In this document: positions 38,154 to 48,066 of the stretch, piece by piece
How positions within the stretch are numbered: position 1 is the first letter of the stretch
Layout: every line of letters begins with the position of its first letter
Source: a virus
Direction: 5' to 3' (one strand)
Virus record (IMG/VR): IMGVR_UViG_3300045988_055475
Location: 1-61,216 of that record
DNA length: 61,216 bases
Translations under genes and position numbers: made by a program
The notes under the pieces: generated by a model
What the model was told of the DNA's origin: nothing
Database searches by the model: none
Seen by the model: only the letters and a program-made list of their open reading frames with translations

Positions 38154-40115
38154 CTAGTTGTCAAGGAAGGCAGGAAGATCGGCAAAGATCTTATCCATGT
38201 CTTCTTCCTTGATAGCTTTCATGCTACCATAATCATACCCTATCTCACAGTCTCCTGTCAAGGGTGCCACAATATCCCAACCAAAGTATTCTTTAGCAAG
38301 CTGAGGAAGGCTATGCATCAGCTTGATAGCTTCACGACATAACGTCTCTGCTTCTTCGATAGGAGCGTCAAATACCATAGAGTCGTGCACTTGAAGAATA
38401 AACTTGGCAAGAAGTTTATGCTCTTGTGTACGTGTAAGCAACTTCCACATAAGCAAGTACATAACGTCAGTAGACCCAGATTGTACTGGGTAGTTTGACA
38501 CCTGCTTTTCGTCAACAGTCTCTACACCATCGTAGCCCATCATGTTGTCAAACGTAAGGACACGTCCAGATGGATTACGTACATACCCTTGGGACTTGGC
38601 GAGCTGCACGTTTGTGTCTTGCCACTTCTTAAGTCCTTGGTACTTTTGATAGAAAGCTGCAACAATCTCTTTCCACTTCTTTAGACTGTAGTCAGGCATC
38701 CGTTGATCTCTATAGAACCCAGATGCTGAACCACCGTATAGAAGACGGAACGACATTGTCTTGGCAGTAGTGCGAAGTTTCTTAAACTCTTTTGAATCTC
38801 GTGGGTATTTGTCTGCACCGAAGAAACGTAGAGCATTATCAGCATGAATGTCCAAACCTTCGTTCAACTCACGAAGCATGACAGGGTCTCGACTTAACTC
38901 AGCAGCTATACGCCATTCAATCTGAGCTAGGTCAATATTTACGATAACTCCTTGTGTGCTTTTAAAGAATGTCTTGATGGGGCTGGTACCACCTCTGGGC
39001 AGATTTTGTCCGTTCGGATTGGAAGAAGAGAGTCTACCTGTACGAGTGACGCACTGGTTAAAGGAAGGATGAATCTTGTTATCTTTACCGACAACAGCAA
39101 TCAAACCTTTCTCTTCTTTGGAACCAGCAATTGTGGACACTACTTTGTTCAGTTTCTTCTGATCTCGTAGTGTTTGGAGGAAGGACTCAGAGCGTTCGTC
39201 GTTAGACTTTAATAGATCAAGAGTATTCTTATCGGTCAAAGGCAAGCCAGTCTTTTTGGATACGCAGCCTTCTGGAACTTTGAAGCCAAGTCCCTTGATA
39301 GGAATCTCAATCTTAGTCTTACGTGTGGTGATCTTAAACTTACCGCTCTTCAGCTGACGAGCTACAAGTTCAGGAACTTCTTTCTTTAAAGAACCACCAT
39401 ACAAAACAGCACTGAGCTGTGAAGAAGAGGAGGGAGTAAAGTTAATGCCAGCCAGATCGACAAGAGTCTTGTCCATTGCTTTAACCTGATCACGTACTTG
39501 ATCACAGTAAGCACTAGCTTCTTCTTTGTCGAAGGCTGCACCAGATACTTCTACATCAGAAAGAATCTGGGTTATACGGAAAGAAAGTTCCGCTATCTTG
39601 TCAAGTCCTGCACGCTCAATAAGCGGCAGCTGCTTCTTGAACACGGCGTGTGTAAGATGTATGTCCTGCTTGAGATAGTCTTCATGAATCTCCAACGGAA
39701 TCTCATCCGTCTCGTATCCAGCTTGCCAGTACATAGCCATGGCGTCGAGCTTGTGCCCTAAGTCATAGCGTTCTGCAACAGCATTGAGACTGTACTCAAG
39801 TCTACCCTGACCATTTATGAGATAGTCAGCTATCATCGTACACCAGACTGGCTTGTTCTTGACATTCAAACCAATCCACTTCAACCAGTTCAAGTCGAAC
39901 TTAATGTTGTGCCCAACCAATAGGTCAACTTTGTCAATCTCTTGTTGGATTTCAGCAATAAGTTCTTCATGTGGTCTATCATTCGGATTGAAGAACCACA
40001 CAGTTGAGGTACCGTCCTGACGTTCAATACCAACAGAGCACAAGAATGAACCTACTGTCCACGGCATGTGCTTCGGTGCTTTAGAACATTCTATGTCAAG
40101 TACCACGTAAGGCAT
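38154..40115 (-). CDS. Family-A DNA polymerase with N-terminal 3'-5' exonuclease domain (653 aa)
   Basis: Exo I 'VLDIECS', motif A-region 'RTGRLSSSNPNGQNLP', motif B 'RTTAKTMSFRLLYGGSA', motif C 'QVHDSMVFD'. Confidence 0.9.
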   Translation of the reverse strand: MPYVVLDIECSKAPKHMPWTVGSFLCSVGIERQDGTSTVWFFNPNDRPHEELIAEIQQEIDKVDLLVGHNIKFDLNWLKWIGLNVKNKPVWCTMIADYLINGQGRLEYSLNAVAERYDLGHKLDAMAMYWQAGYETDEIPLEIHEDYLKQDIHLTHAVFKKQLPLIERAGLDKIAELSFRITQILSDVEVSGAAFDKEEASAYCDQVRDQVKAMDKTLVDLAGINFTPSSSSQLSAVLYGGSLKKEVPELVARQLKSGKFKITTRKTKIEIPIKGLGFKVPEGCVSKKTGLPLTDKNTLDLLKSNDERSESFLQTLRDQKKLNKVVSTIAGSKEEKGLIAVVGKDNKIHPSFNQCVTRTGRLSSSNPNGQNLPRGGTSPIKTFFKSTQGVIVNIDLAQIEWRIAAELSRDPVMLRELNEGLDIHADNALRFFGADKYPRDSKEFKKLRTTAKTMSFRLLYGGSASGFYRDQRMPDYSLKKWKEIVAAFYQKYQGLKKWQDTNVQLAKSQGYVRNPSGRVLTFDNMMGYDGVETVDEKQVSNYPVQSGSTDVMYLLMWKLLTRTQEHKLLAKFILQVHDSMVFDAPIEEAETLCREAIKLMHSLPQLAKEYFGWDIVAPLTGDCEIGYDYGSMKAIKEEDMDKIFADLPAFLDN

Positions 40116-40116
40116 A

Positions 40117-40329
40117 TTACTTGCTCGACTTATTCGTCGTCACAGCAGGCTCATCAAGCGAAAGAGACATAGCAGCGGCAGCAGCCGGAGCATAGTTCTT
40201 GAGAGCGGTCAGCATGTCGACGAGGGAGAGATCGCGCAGAGCAAGACCAGTTTCCTGTTCCAGCTTAGCAACAAACTCTTCGAAAGCGATATCAGCCTGA
40301 GCAATAACCTTGTTAGTAAATACGGACAT
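40117..40329 (-). CDS. Small acidic protein (70 aa)
   Basis: Between helicase and polymerase; 1-nt spacing. Confidence 0.4.
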   Translation of the reverse strand: MSVFTNKVIAQADIAFEEFVAKLEQETGLALRDLSLVDMLTALKNYAPAAAAAMSLSLDEPAVTTNKSSK

Positions 40330-40331
40330 GT

Positions 40332-41711
40332 TTACTTCTGTTCCAAGTTAGGGTTCCCATATATCTCAGACAAGAGTGTCTTGAAGGTTGACTTGATCTC
40401 AGGTGAGCCAGAACCGTGGTGAGACTGGTCGTCGGACTTCGACACTTCAGAGAAGCTACCTGACGCCTTGTCAGTGTATAAGGCACATGAAGCATTGAAC
40501 ACTACTTCATACCTGCCATGTCTACCTTCATTCATCTTGTTCTTGCATAGAGATATATATCTAATACTGCAAACAGGATTGTCAACATCATCCAGTGATT
40601 TTCCTATCCCGATTGCATAGTCAAGCTCACCGGGCTTACCGGTCTTGCTGTTATCCATGTCAGATGTCTTCAGCCATTTAGCACCTTCTGCTGAAGCTGA
40701 CGCCTGACCAACAGCAATGACATCACAGTCGTATGCTTTAGCAAGTTCGCGAAACTTACCATATACAGCTTTAAGTCTTTCAACAGTTGACATATCTCTG
40801 TCACCAGAGAAACGAACCTTGTCACCTTGGTCTATAACTAAGAGGCGTACATTGTACGTCTTCATCAACTGTTCAATGTCTTCAACTGAGATGACAGCTT
40901 GATCATAGATTTTTATCTTGTGTCCGCCTAGTTTGGTGAACTCTTCTTCTGCATCAGCAGGATAGTTGACGAGATCAGCCTTACTGCACTTAAGCACTGA
41001 CTGATATATACGAAAGAGAACACGCTTGCCTTTCTCTTCGTTGTTACACCAGAGTATAACCTCATCATCCTTCAGCTGTGACGCGAAGTTAGAAACTTCT
41101 GATACAATAAACGATGTCTTACCTGTGTCGACTCTAGCAAATACGTGACCAAGGCTACCACCTCTTAGTTCTCCGATGCTTTCGTTCAGGCATGACAAGC
41201 GCCATTGTAATCCAGCTTCATGTACTTCTTCTTGTAAGAGTTCAGTCAAGTTAGACTTTACAAAAAGTTGGTCTTCATCTTTGTTAAGCTTTACTTTGCA
41301 TTCGTTGAACTCGGATAACATATCCTGTACTTCGTCAAGGACAGAGTATGAATCACCGTCAAGAACTTCAGTCAACTTAAACACCATCTCACTTGCAAAA
41401 TACTTTTCAAGGAAGTGGTTTAAGTTTTCTTCAAGGACTTTATTATCAATCTCAGTCGAACCTAAACGCTCAAGGTAAGCAGAATAAGATGTTCTCTTCT
41501 TCAGGATAGGGTGCTTCACTGAAAAGAAAACAAGTAATTCTTCAACACTAAGGACTTCCTTATCAGGATATTCAGAGAAATACTCCTTAATTGTTTTCAG
41601 AAAGTTCTTAGTTTCGAGTTCAAGGTTCAACTCAAAGATGAATTTAAAGTACTTGTCAAAGTTTTCTTTGCTTAACAAGAACAAAACAAGGGAGATTTCC
41701 TCAATGTTCAT
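40332..41711 (-). CDS. DnaB-like replicative helicase (459 aa)
   Basis: Walker A-like 'GSLGHVFARVDTGKTSF', RecA-fold C-terminal half; located next to the AT-rich origin-like region. Confidence 0.7.
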   Translation of the reverse strand: MNIEEISLVLFLLSKENFDKYFKFIFELNLELETKNFLKTIKEYFSEYPDKEVLSVEELLVFFSVKHPILKKRTSYSAYLERLGSTEIDNKVLEENLNHFLEKYFASEMVFKLTEVLDGDSYSVLDEVQDMLSEFNECKVKLNKDEDQLFVKSNLTELLQEEVHEAGLQWRLSCLNESIGELRGGSLGHVFARVDTGKTSFIVSEVSNFASQLKDDEVILWCNNEEKGKRVLFRIYQSVLKCSKADLVNYPADAEEEFTKLGGHKIKIYDQAVISVEDIEQLMKTYNVRLLVIDQGDKVRFSGDRDMSTVERLKAVYGKFRELAKAYDCDVIAVGQASASAEGAKWLKTSDMDNSKTGKPGELDYAIGIGKSLDDVDNPVCSIRYISLCKNKMNEGRHGRYEVVFNASCALYTDKASGSFSEVSKSDDQSHHGSGSPEIKSTFKTLLSEIYGNPNLEQK

Positions 41712-41739
41712 AGTGCCTTGCTTGTTCAGGAGTTAAGGT

Positions 41740-42040
41740 CAACCTACTAATTCAGAAGAAATATAGTCTTAATGTTCAAGGCATTAGTTACCTATAGTAC
41801 TTATGAATTAAGAGTTAGGTTTAGACTTAAGATATTATACCTAATTAAAGTACTTACGAAGTAGGTTATTTAAGATATTATACTTAAGTAAGGTTAATTA
41901 ACAGTTAAGTTAAACTTAATTATATTATAATACTTAATTAAATTAAGTCAAGTTAACTTATTAAGTAATATAATAAATAAACCTAAAGGTTAATCTATTA
42001 GGTTTACTTATTAAGTAACCTATAGTACTATATGTATAAG
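41740..42040. repeat. AT-rich iteron block between helicase and primase genes: candidate replication origin
   Basis: Direct repeats 'acttattaagtaa' (x2), 'taagatattatac' (x2), 'cctatagtact' (x2), 'aggtttaS' (x2) in a roughly 300-bp ORF-free, very AT-rich tract. Confidence 0.5.
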
Positions 42041-42079
42041 ATCAAATACCTGCCTGTCAAGTACCTGTCCGCACATTTG

Positions 42080-42367
42080 TTAGGCGGCTATGGCGTAATC
42101 GAACGACTTCATCCTGATGTTGTCAAGATAGCCGAGGCTCGAAGTGTTGTACGTGTGATACTTGCGAACAGTGGAACCACACTTAGGACAGGGCATGTCC
42201 TTGAGCTTGTCAGCGAAGAGAGTTTCACAGTCTTCACACACGACCAGTTGCATGTCGTAGAAGTTCGACAGCTGGTTACGTTTACGAGACAGGGTACGCT
42301 GCACTTCGTAACCGGAAGAGGAAGAAGACGGTACGAAAGAGACAGTCTTGTCGTTGAAGCTAAGCAT
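42080..42367 (-). CDS. Small Zn-ribbon protein (95 aa)
   Basis: 'CEDC...CPKC'; an alternative overlapping frame (42109..42372) was judged less likely. Confidence 0.4.
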   Translation of the reverse strand: MLSFNDKTVSFVPSSSSSGYEVQRTLSRKRNQLSNFYDMQLVVCEDCETLFADKLKDMPCPKCGSTVRKYHTYNTSSLGYLDNIRMKSFDYAIAA

Positions 42368-42557
42368 GACACACCTCCCTAGTCGCCTTACACAAAGTAC
42401 GCCAGATAGATCGGGCGTTGCTGATGATGTTGATCACGTTCCAGAACAACTTACGAATGATCTCGAAGATGCTCATGGTCTTCTTGCCAATGGTCACACC
42501 GATGGACACGTCCTTCCACGTAGGCCCATCGTAGGTTTTCTTTCCGAATCCGAACAT
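42360..42557 (-). CDS. Small hypothetical protein (65 aa)
   Basis: Operon context downstream of primase. Confidence 0.35.
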   Translation of the reverse strand: MFGFGKKTYDGPTWKDVSIGVTIGKKTMSIFEIIRKLFWNVINIISNARSIWRTLCKATREVCHA

Positions 42558-43396
42558 GTCGCACCTCCTATGAAGCGTTGGACTTCTTCGGGTTTATAAC
42601 ACTTAGGGTCTTGATGTGACAGTACAACTGGACTTGCACTATAACCAAGTGCACGCAATTGCTTTGCGTACTTACAAGCCTCTTGTCTTTTGTCTGGGTC
42701 AAGCCAGACCTTTATACACTCTATATCTGCGTCCGCCAGAACATCACGCAAAAGGTCCATCTTCACGTAGCTTCCGAGTAGAGCAACGGCACTCACACCA
42801 GCTCTAGCTACTGCGAGGCATGAAAGTATATCCTCGACGAGTACGACCTTCGATGTTTGGTTATTTACAAACAGAACGATATCTGACCTTTGTGATCTCA
42901 CGTTCATGTACTTAGGTCTGGATGTGTCTGAAGAAAGGTTGCGGCCCTGCCAAAAGACCAGCTCTCCATCCCGGAACACAGGAAGGATTAACCTATCTAG
43001 TCTGGGGCTGTACCCAATATGATAACGGCGTATCTCATCCTCATTGACGCCGTAGGTACGTAACCACAGCAAACCTGACGCGGGAATGTCAGCTGTAAAA
43101 TCTGACGGGAGAGTGACTTTCTTCGTTACGACACTGGCATTGTCTTTGTTGCCCACTGCTCTTCGATGCAATTCACTTAAGATCGCGCTAGATGATGGGC
43201 TTTTAACTGGGTACCAGTATTTAGTGTGGCACCTATGACACCACATACTGAACCCATTCCTTTTACGTGTCACAACAAAGCCATGACTGGTTACCTTGTC
43301 TGGTTCACAGAAAGGACAGTAGGCTTGTCTTACTGGCACGTCCATAGGTGCGTTGTAATCAAGGAACTTCTCAAGCTCCTCTCGCCTGACAGTCAT
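42494..43396 (-). CDS. DNA primase (N-terminal Zn-ribbon + TOPRIM, 300 aa)
   Basis: 'CPFCEPD...WCHRCH' zinc-binding motif and TOPRIM 'VVLVEDILSCLAVARAG' with downstream acidic 'D.D' patch. Confidence 0.78.
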   Translation of the reverse strand: MTVRREELEKFLDYNAPMDVPVRQAYCPFCEPDKVTSHGFVVTRKRNGFSMWCHRCHTKYWYPVKSPSSSAILSELHRRAVGNKDNASVVTKKVTLPSDFTADIPASGLLWLRTYGVNEDEIRRYHIGYSPRLDRLILPVFRDGELVFWQGRNLSSDTSRPKYMNVRSQRSDIVLFVNNQTSKVVLVEDILSCLAVARAGVSAVALLGSYVKMDLLRDVLADADIECIKVWLDPDKRQEACKYAKQLRALGYSASPVVLSHQDPKCYKPEEVQRFIGGATCSDSERKPTMGLRGRTCPSV

Positions 43397-43647
43397 ACTC
43401 TTGCGTCTCTGTTATGGTTACAAGCTGATACATCCATGCCTCTAAACACGAGTTCATGTCTTGCCTTTACGTCAGAGACGAGTAGTATGACTGACCTGTT
43501 GTTGATGTTCTGTTTGCATTACATTTCTACGTCCCTCGGTTATGGTTGGATATACCGTTTAAACGCACGAGGATTGATTCTAAGACACGTTTAGTTAAAA
43601 GATGACTCATAGTTCATCTTCATAGTAAACGAGGCTTAAAACCTACA

Positions 43648-43986
43648 CTAGAGAGCAAGCTGCTCAGCGTCGCTTAAACGTCTTCTCTTCCCTCGCATCC
43701 AGTTCTTGGGGATGTCTATGTCAAGCAGCTTGTACTCTTTGTCAGTTCTCTTAAAGAATCTGTTAAAGAAACTGTGACAACATCCGGACACAAAGGAAAC
43801 TGTCTTGCGAACTCTTGACATCTTCTCAGGAATGATTACGTAATCACTCTTTTCCAGTTTGTCAAGTAGTTCGTTGGCAGCTTCTATGTTGGTAACGAAG
43901 TCCATGATCTTCTTCCAACCAATCTGCCACAGGGCTTTGATGCCGTTGAACAACCAACCAAAGAACTGCTTAATACGATTACGCAT
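43648..43986 (-). CDS. Hypothetical protein (112 aa; start refined)
   Basis: Strong RBS 'aggaggtg' 4 nt before ATG 43986. Confidence 0.5.
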   Translation of the reverse strand: MRNRIKQFFGWLFNGIKALWQIGWKKIMDFVTNIEAANELLDKLEKSDYVIIPEKMSRVRKTVSFVSGCCHSFFNRFFKRTDKEYKLLDIDIPKNWMRGKRRRLSDAEQLAL

Positions 43987-43999
43987 AAGCACCTCCTGC

Positions 44000-44146
44000 T
44001 TAGAGTTTGATAATGACAGTTCCGTCTTCATCCTTGGGCATGAAGATCCCGGCAAGGTGGAAGAACGGAATACTGAGTATGCCGCAGACAGTCAAACCAA
44101 CCTTGATAAAAGCTACCATGATAGCACGGGCACATTTCTTAAGCAT
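44000..44146 (-). CDS. Small membrane protein (48 aa), unlisted
   Basis: TM 'AIMVAFIKVGLTVCGILSIPFF'; fits the gap between neighbouring genes. Confidence 0.35.
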   Translation of the reverse strand: MLKKCARAIMVAFIKVGLTVCGILSIPFFHLAGIFMPKDEDGTVIIKL

Positions 44147-44149
44147 AAA

Positions 44150-44431
44150 CTAACTCCTCTTTATGGCAGGGCGAAGAGCACCCAACCATCTATGCCACAC
44201 ACCTTTCAGTCGAAGGGTGTAGTCGTGAAGGGAACGGATGAAGGCTTCCGCTTCCGTGCTACGCTTGAAGCAGAGGTCAAGCGCAGAACGAAAATCGTCT
44301 GCGGTGTATTCACCGGGGAAGTCGATCATGTTTTCAATACGCTTCTGTTCTTCTTCCGTATACAGGGGAAGTTTGAGTTCACATCCGGGAACAGAAGGAT
44401 TGCAAATCTCAGGGCGACGTGATACGATCAT
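44150..44431 (-). CDS. Hypothetical protein (93 aa)
   Basis: Operon context. Confidence 0.45.
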   Translation of the reverse strand: MIVSRRPEICNPSVPGCELKLPLYTEEEQKRIENMIDFPGEYTADDFRSALDLCFKRSTEAEAFIRSLHDYTLRLKGVWHRWLGALRPAIKRS

Positions 44432-44443
44432 GTTGTAATCCTC

Positions 44444-45994
44444 CTAGTCCAAGTCCCACGGAGGGAGGTTGTCGTTGAGAAGTGTGTCCAAGGCTTCTTG
44501 TTTACAAGAGGGGCAAACATAAACGTTTACCTTTCTTGTCTTGCCTATGGTTTCACAAGAGCAGGAGATGTGAGGCTCATGGCAGACAGCGCACTGGTGA
44601 AGTTTACTGCTCTTCGACAGCTCTTCACTTGACAGAAGACGTTCACCCTTGATGTCTGTCACCAAAACCATTTGCTTACCATCCACCGTCTTCACAAAGA
44701 ACTTCTTATCGCCTCGTACCCAGAACTTACCGTTGTATCCATCGGTAGTAGGGTACTCAAAGCAAGACGTGCACACAAACCCTATGTCCTTCCTCGACCA
44801 GATGACATGGTGATTGTCACCGCATCCCGGGCACACAGGAAGAGAACTCTTCGCCTTGAGTTTGGCCTTGTTCAAATTCCTGTTAGCCTCTCGGCTCTTG
44901 GCTCTGACTTCCTCAAGCAAGTCGTAGTACGCCATAGCGTTGGGGACTGTCACCGTATCGAAGTGTTTCATGATTTGTCTTTTGCACGTTTCACAGATGA
45001 AGAAACTGTTCTTGGTATCATACTCCATCGGCCTGTCGTCACGTGCACACACGAAGCATTTCGGTGCAGCAGAGTATGCGTACACCGCTTCAGGAGGCAT
45101 ATGAACAGGCGAGCAGGTATGAGTTTCTTCAGTGTGTTCAGGGCCATCATCAGATGCAAGCTCTTCACTACCTACTATCTCGAGAGCAGCAGAACCTTGA
45201 CCAGCATTGTCAGTAGGTTTGGGAAGAGTGTAAGTGACAGACGAATGCCCGTATCCGCTTCGGTACGTGAAGCGTTCCTTTACTCGGAAGGGTTCGTCAA
45301 TCATCTGCATCAAACGATCAGCACGAAGGATGGAAGACACATAGCTTTCAACCAAGATAAACTCATCGGCTGTGTGCTGCCGACCATAGCCACATGACAG
45401 GTTGACATGAGCGATGTCGTGCTTTTTCCAAATGTCACAGCAGTCAGAGTAAATACCACTGGCTTCATAGTAACCGAGCTTGGCAAGGAAGTAATGCAGC
45501 TTGCTCGGTAACGTAGGGCTATAGTATACATATTCATTGTGCCCTCTTCTATCAAGAGCAATGACACAATAAATATGGTCGACGAACTTGTCAAGATAGC
45601 CCGTGTTGAGGAAGTACTTCATGCCTCTTCCACCCGTTTCTTCATAGTTTGTGAAGAGAACGAATGGTTTACTGGTATGGCGTTCAATGATGTCCAGAAT
45701 ACCGGCAACACCACAGCGGTCATCACCGCCGAGGATACCGTTGGCATTCGTGAGGACACCGTATTCGGTGCACAAGATGAGAGGCTCATCCACCGAGGCA
45801 TTTCGTTTTGTGTCCACATGTGCCTGTAAGAGTACAGGACATATGGTATCAGTCGTAGGAATACCGAAGACAAAGTTCTCATTGTCTGTCAGTACTTTGT
45901 ACCCAGCGTCGGAACTCGACAGAGTACCAACGATGTTCTGTATTACCTCCGCATCCGTCATGCGAAGGATTGCCTTGAGTCTTTCAATGCCCAT
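44444..45994 (-). CDS. Two-part protein: N-terminal M20/M28/M42-like dinuclear-zinc peptidase-fold domain plus C-terminal tandem CxxC zinc-ribbon array (516 aa)
   Basis: Ordered motifs 'HVD'...'GGDDRCGVAG'...'YEETGG'...'D'...'RQHTADE' fit the H-D-EE-D-H ligand order; C-terminal half has at least 8 CxxC pairs; RBS 'aaggag' 7 nt before ATG 45994. Confidence 0.6.
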   Translation of the reverse strand: MGIERLKAILRMTDAEVIQNIVGTLSSSDAGYKVLTDNENFVFGIPTTDTICPVLLQAHVDTKRNASVDEPLILCTEYGVLTNANGILGGDDRCGVAGILDIIERHTSKPFVLFTNYEETGGRGMKYFLNTGYLDKFVDHIYCVIALDRRGHNEYVYYSPTLPSKLHYFLAKLGYYEASGIYSDCCDIWKKHDIAHVNLSCGYGRQHTADEFILVESYVSSILRADRLMQMIDEPFRVKERFTYRSGYGHSSVTYTLPKPTDNAGQGSAALEIVGSEELASDDGPEHTEETHTCSPVHMPPEAVYAYSAAPKCFVCARDDRPMEYDTKNSFFICETCKRQIMKHFDTVTVPNAMAYYDLLEEVRAKSREANRNLNKAKLKAKSSLPVCPGCGDNHHVIWSRKDIGFVCTSCFEYPTTDGYNGKFWVRGDKKFFVKTVDGKQMVLVTDIKGERLLSSEELSKSSKLHQCAVCHEPHISCSCETIGKTRKVNVYVCPSCKQEALDTLLNDNLPPWDLD

Positions 45995-47510
45995 TGTTAT
46001 CTCCTTCGCTGACATTCCAGCTGATGTTGAGGTCAGTGTTGTTGGCAATAAATCTTTTCAAGGCGTCAGGATTTATGTGAACCTGCGCTTCACTGATTGA
46101 TGCCGAGGGCAGGGAAGACAACTGCTGATAACAGGTATTGCACAAAGCATGACCACGATAAGGATACGTTAAACCATAGGAACCACAACATTCACAGGTC
46201 GTCTTGTGCAAGAGGCTGATGCAGCTATCACATACAGGGACACCTTCAATCCACTTCAAAGGCTTGTCCGACTTGGTTCCACAGATAGCGCACATGTTAT
46301 TCCATGCACACTTAGGACAGGTCTTACCTTCCTTCATCTGTGCACCGCAGACAGGACAGAACGTAACCTTCTCAACGCAGTTATCACACAAAGGATACAT
46401 CTTGTTTCTGTCTGTCTTAAGCATCAACTTGTTACACCGCTTGCAGGTAGTCAGCTTTGTTTCTTCGCATTCACTGCAAAGGAGTGTCGATCTAGTGTGA
46501 TGCTTACCACACAACAAACAAGGTGCTTCTACGCACCCATGCACATCAATGTTCCTTGTCTTGTCAGACGTAGACGAGAAGAAGAACATACGTATGGGGT
46601 CGAGATACCATCCTGCTGGCTTGTAGTCGAGGGAAAGATAAACGTCTTCATTGTTCCCATTGATGTATGACCAGTCTGCCTTGTCATCGAGCAGAGCACA
46701 CAACCAACTACACACCTTCTTGATAACGTCATCGTCAATAAACCCATAAGACTTCATGACAACAAACTTATTGAAGTCTTTGTCAAAAACAACCCAAGCT
46801 CTACCGGTGACGTTATTTCCTTGTCGGTTGTAGATTACACCAGTCAAGGGACTGAGGGCTATATCAAGCGGGCCCTTGCTGTTGAATCTTCCAACCGTAA
46901 AGCATGACGAGAAACTGTTGCTACTGCCTGCCGACAACATTGTGAACATGTCCATGCTGAAACCGTAAGTCGCCTTCTTAATCGACGCAATTTCAGAATA
47001 GATGTTCTGTATAATGGCAGCGTAGTAGTCGTAGTCCTGAATGCTCAAAGCATCTTCAGCTAAGTCAGCATTCTTAACAAACGCTCCGGCACTAGGAACC
47101 TTCGGCAGCTCTTTGCTCAGCTTCATGCGAAAGGTAGTGGAATGCAAACCACTGAGGAGAATCTTCGTAGTCACATCGCTGTTGGTCTTGGCATAAGACA
47201 AGATACGTTTGGACAACTTCATCTGATTAGACGTTCTGTTCGTGATGAACTCATCAAACGTAGGCTTCTTATCTTCAGGCATCACTGCACACGCAATCTT
47301 GTATGAGAACGCAAACCTCTCACTCAAATCAACCAAAACCTCTTCCTCAACAGTCAGCGTGTCAGGCAGCCCGAGCTTAGCAGCCAGCTTAGCTTTGTTC
47401 TGCTTGCTCAGCTTGTAGATATTCTCGATGTAAGTGCCAGTGCCATCAGCAGGAATACCTACGTAATAAGACAACAGAGATGGCCATTGCTTGTTCAGAT
47501 CAATGGACAT
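45984..47510 (-). CDS. Large hypothetical protein with C-terminal tandem CxxC zinc-ribbon array (508 aa)
   Basis: C-terminal about 150 aa has at least 10 CxxC/CxxxC pairs; RBS 'ggagg' 7 nt before ATG 47510. Confidence 0.6.
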   Translation of the reverse strand: MSIDLNKQWPSLLSYYVGIPADGTGTYIENIYKLSKQNKAKLAAKLGLPDTLTVEEEVLVDLSERFAFSYKIACAVMPEDKKPTFDEFITNRTSNQMKLSKRILSYAKTNSDVTTKILLSGLHSTTFRMKLSKELPKVPSAGAFVKNADLAEDALSIQDYDYYAAIIQNIYSEIASIKKATYGFSMDMFTMLSAGSSNSFSSCFTVGRFNSKGPLDIALSPLTGVIYNRQGNNVTGRAWVVFDKDFNKFVVMKSYGFIDDDVIKKVCSWLCALLDDKADWSYINGNNEDVYLSLDYKPAGWYLDPIRMFFFSSTSDKTRNIDVHGCVEAPCLLCGKHHTRSTLLCSECEETKLTTCKRCNKLMLKTDRNKMYPLCDNCVEKVTFCPVCGAQMKEGKTCPKCAWNNMCAICGTKSDKPLKWIEGVPVCDSCISLLHKTTCECCGSYGLTYPYRGHALCNTCYQQLSSLPSASISEAQVHINPDALKRFIANNTDLNISWNVSEGDNNGH

Positions 47511-47621
47511 ATAAAACCTCCAAAGAGGCCAGCCCATGCGCACTATGTCCTTTGGGCAGTGACCCTCCCGTAGGGGTCGTGGCTTTCTCAGAGAGTACGC
47601 ATGGGCTGGTAAGTTTAAAGG

Positions 47622-48066
47622 TTAGAACAGACGGAGAGTCCTTTCGGCCAGCTCTTCGCGAACCTTGGCAGCGTGAAGATTCACGCACATGTTACGAAGA
47701 GTGGGCTCAATCTTGCTGATGTTGTCAGCAACAGGAACCATCTGGAAACCAAAGTGCTGCTCGAGTACATCCATCGGTACTTCCTCATGTCCCCAAATCA
47801 GCTTGCGCTCAGGCCGAGACACACGAGCCTTGCCTTCATTCGTCAGGTTGATGAGGTTGAAGAGGTTCTTGGCAGAACCGATACGACTACCAGCAGCATC
47901 CTTAGCATACACACCAGTCGCTTCACGAACCAGCATGTACATGTCACCGACCTTTTCACCGCTGACAGCACGGAGCAGAGCACCACGCTTAACAGAAGGA
48001 CGAACAGGGGCGGGCATGGCAATGCGAGGGGCAGCGGAGCAGAAGCAGGAAGTGTAGTTGCACATA
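47622..48066 (-). CDS. Hypothetical protein (148 aa from refined start); first gene of the GC-rich island
   Basis: Protein-like ORF in GC-rich segment. Confidence 0.45.

Noticed and set aside
42109-42372. Alternative 87-aa minus-strand frame overlapping the 95-aa Zn-ribbon ORF
   Set aside because: The two share the strand but differ in frame. The 95-aa frame has a CxxC...CxxC zinc ribbon and more protein-like composition, so only that one is reported.
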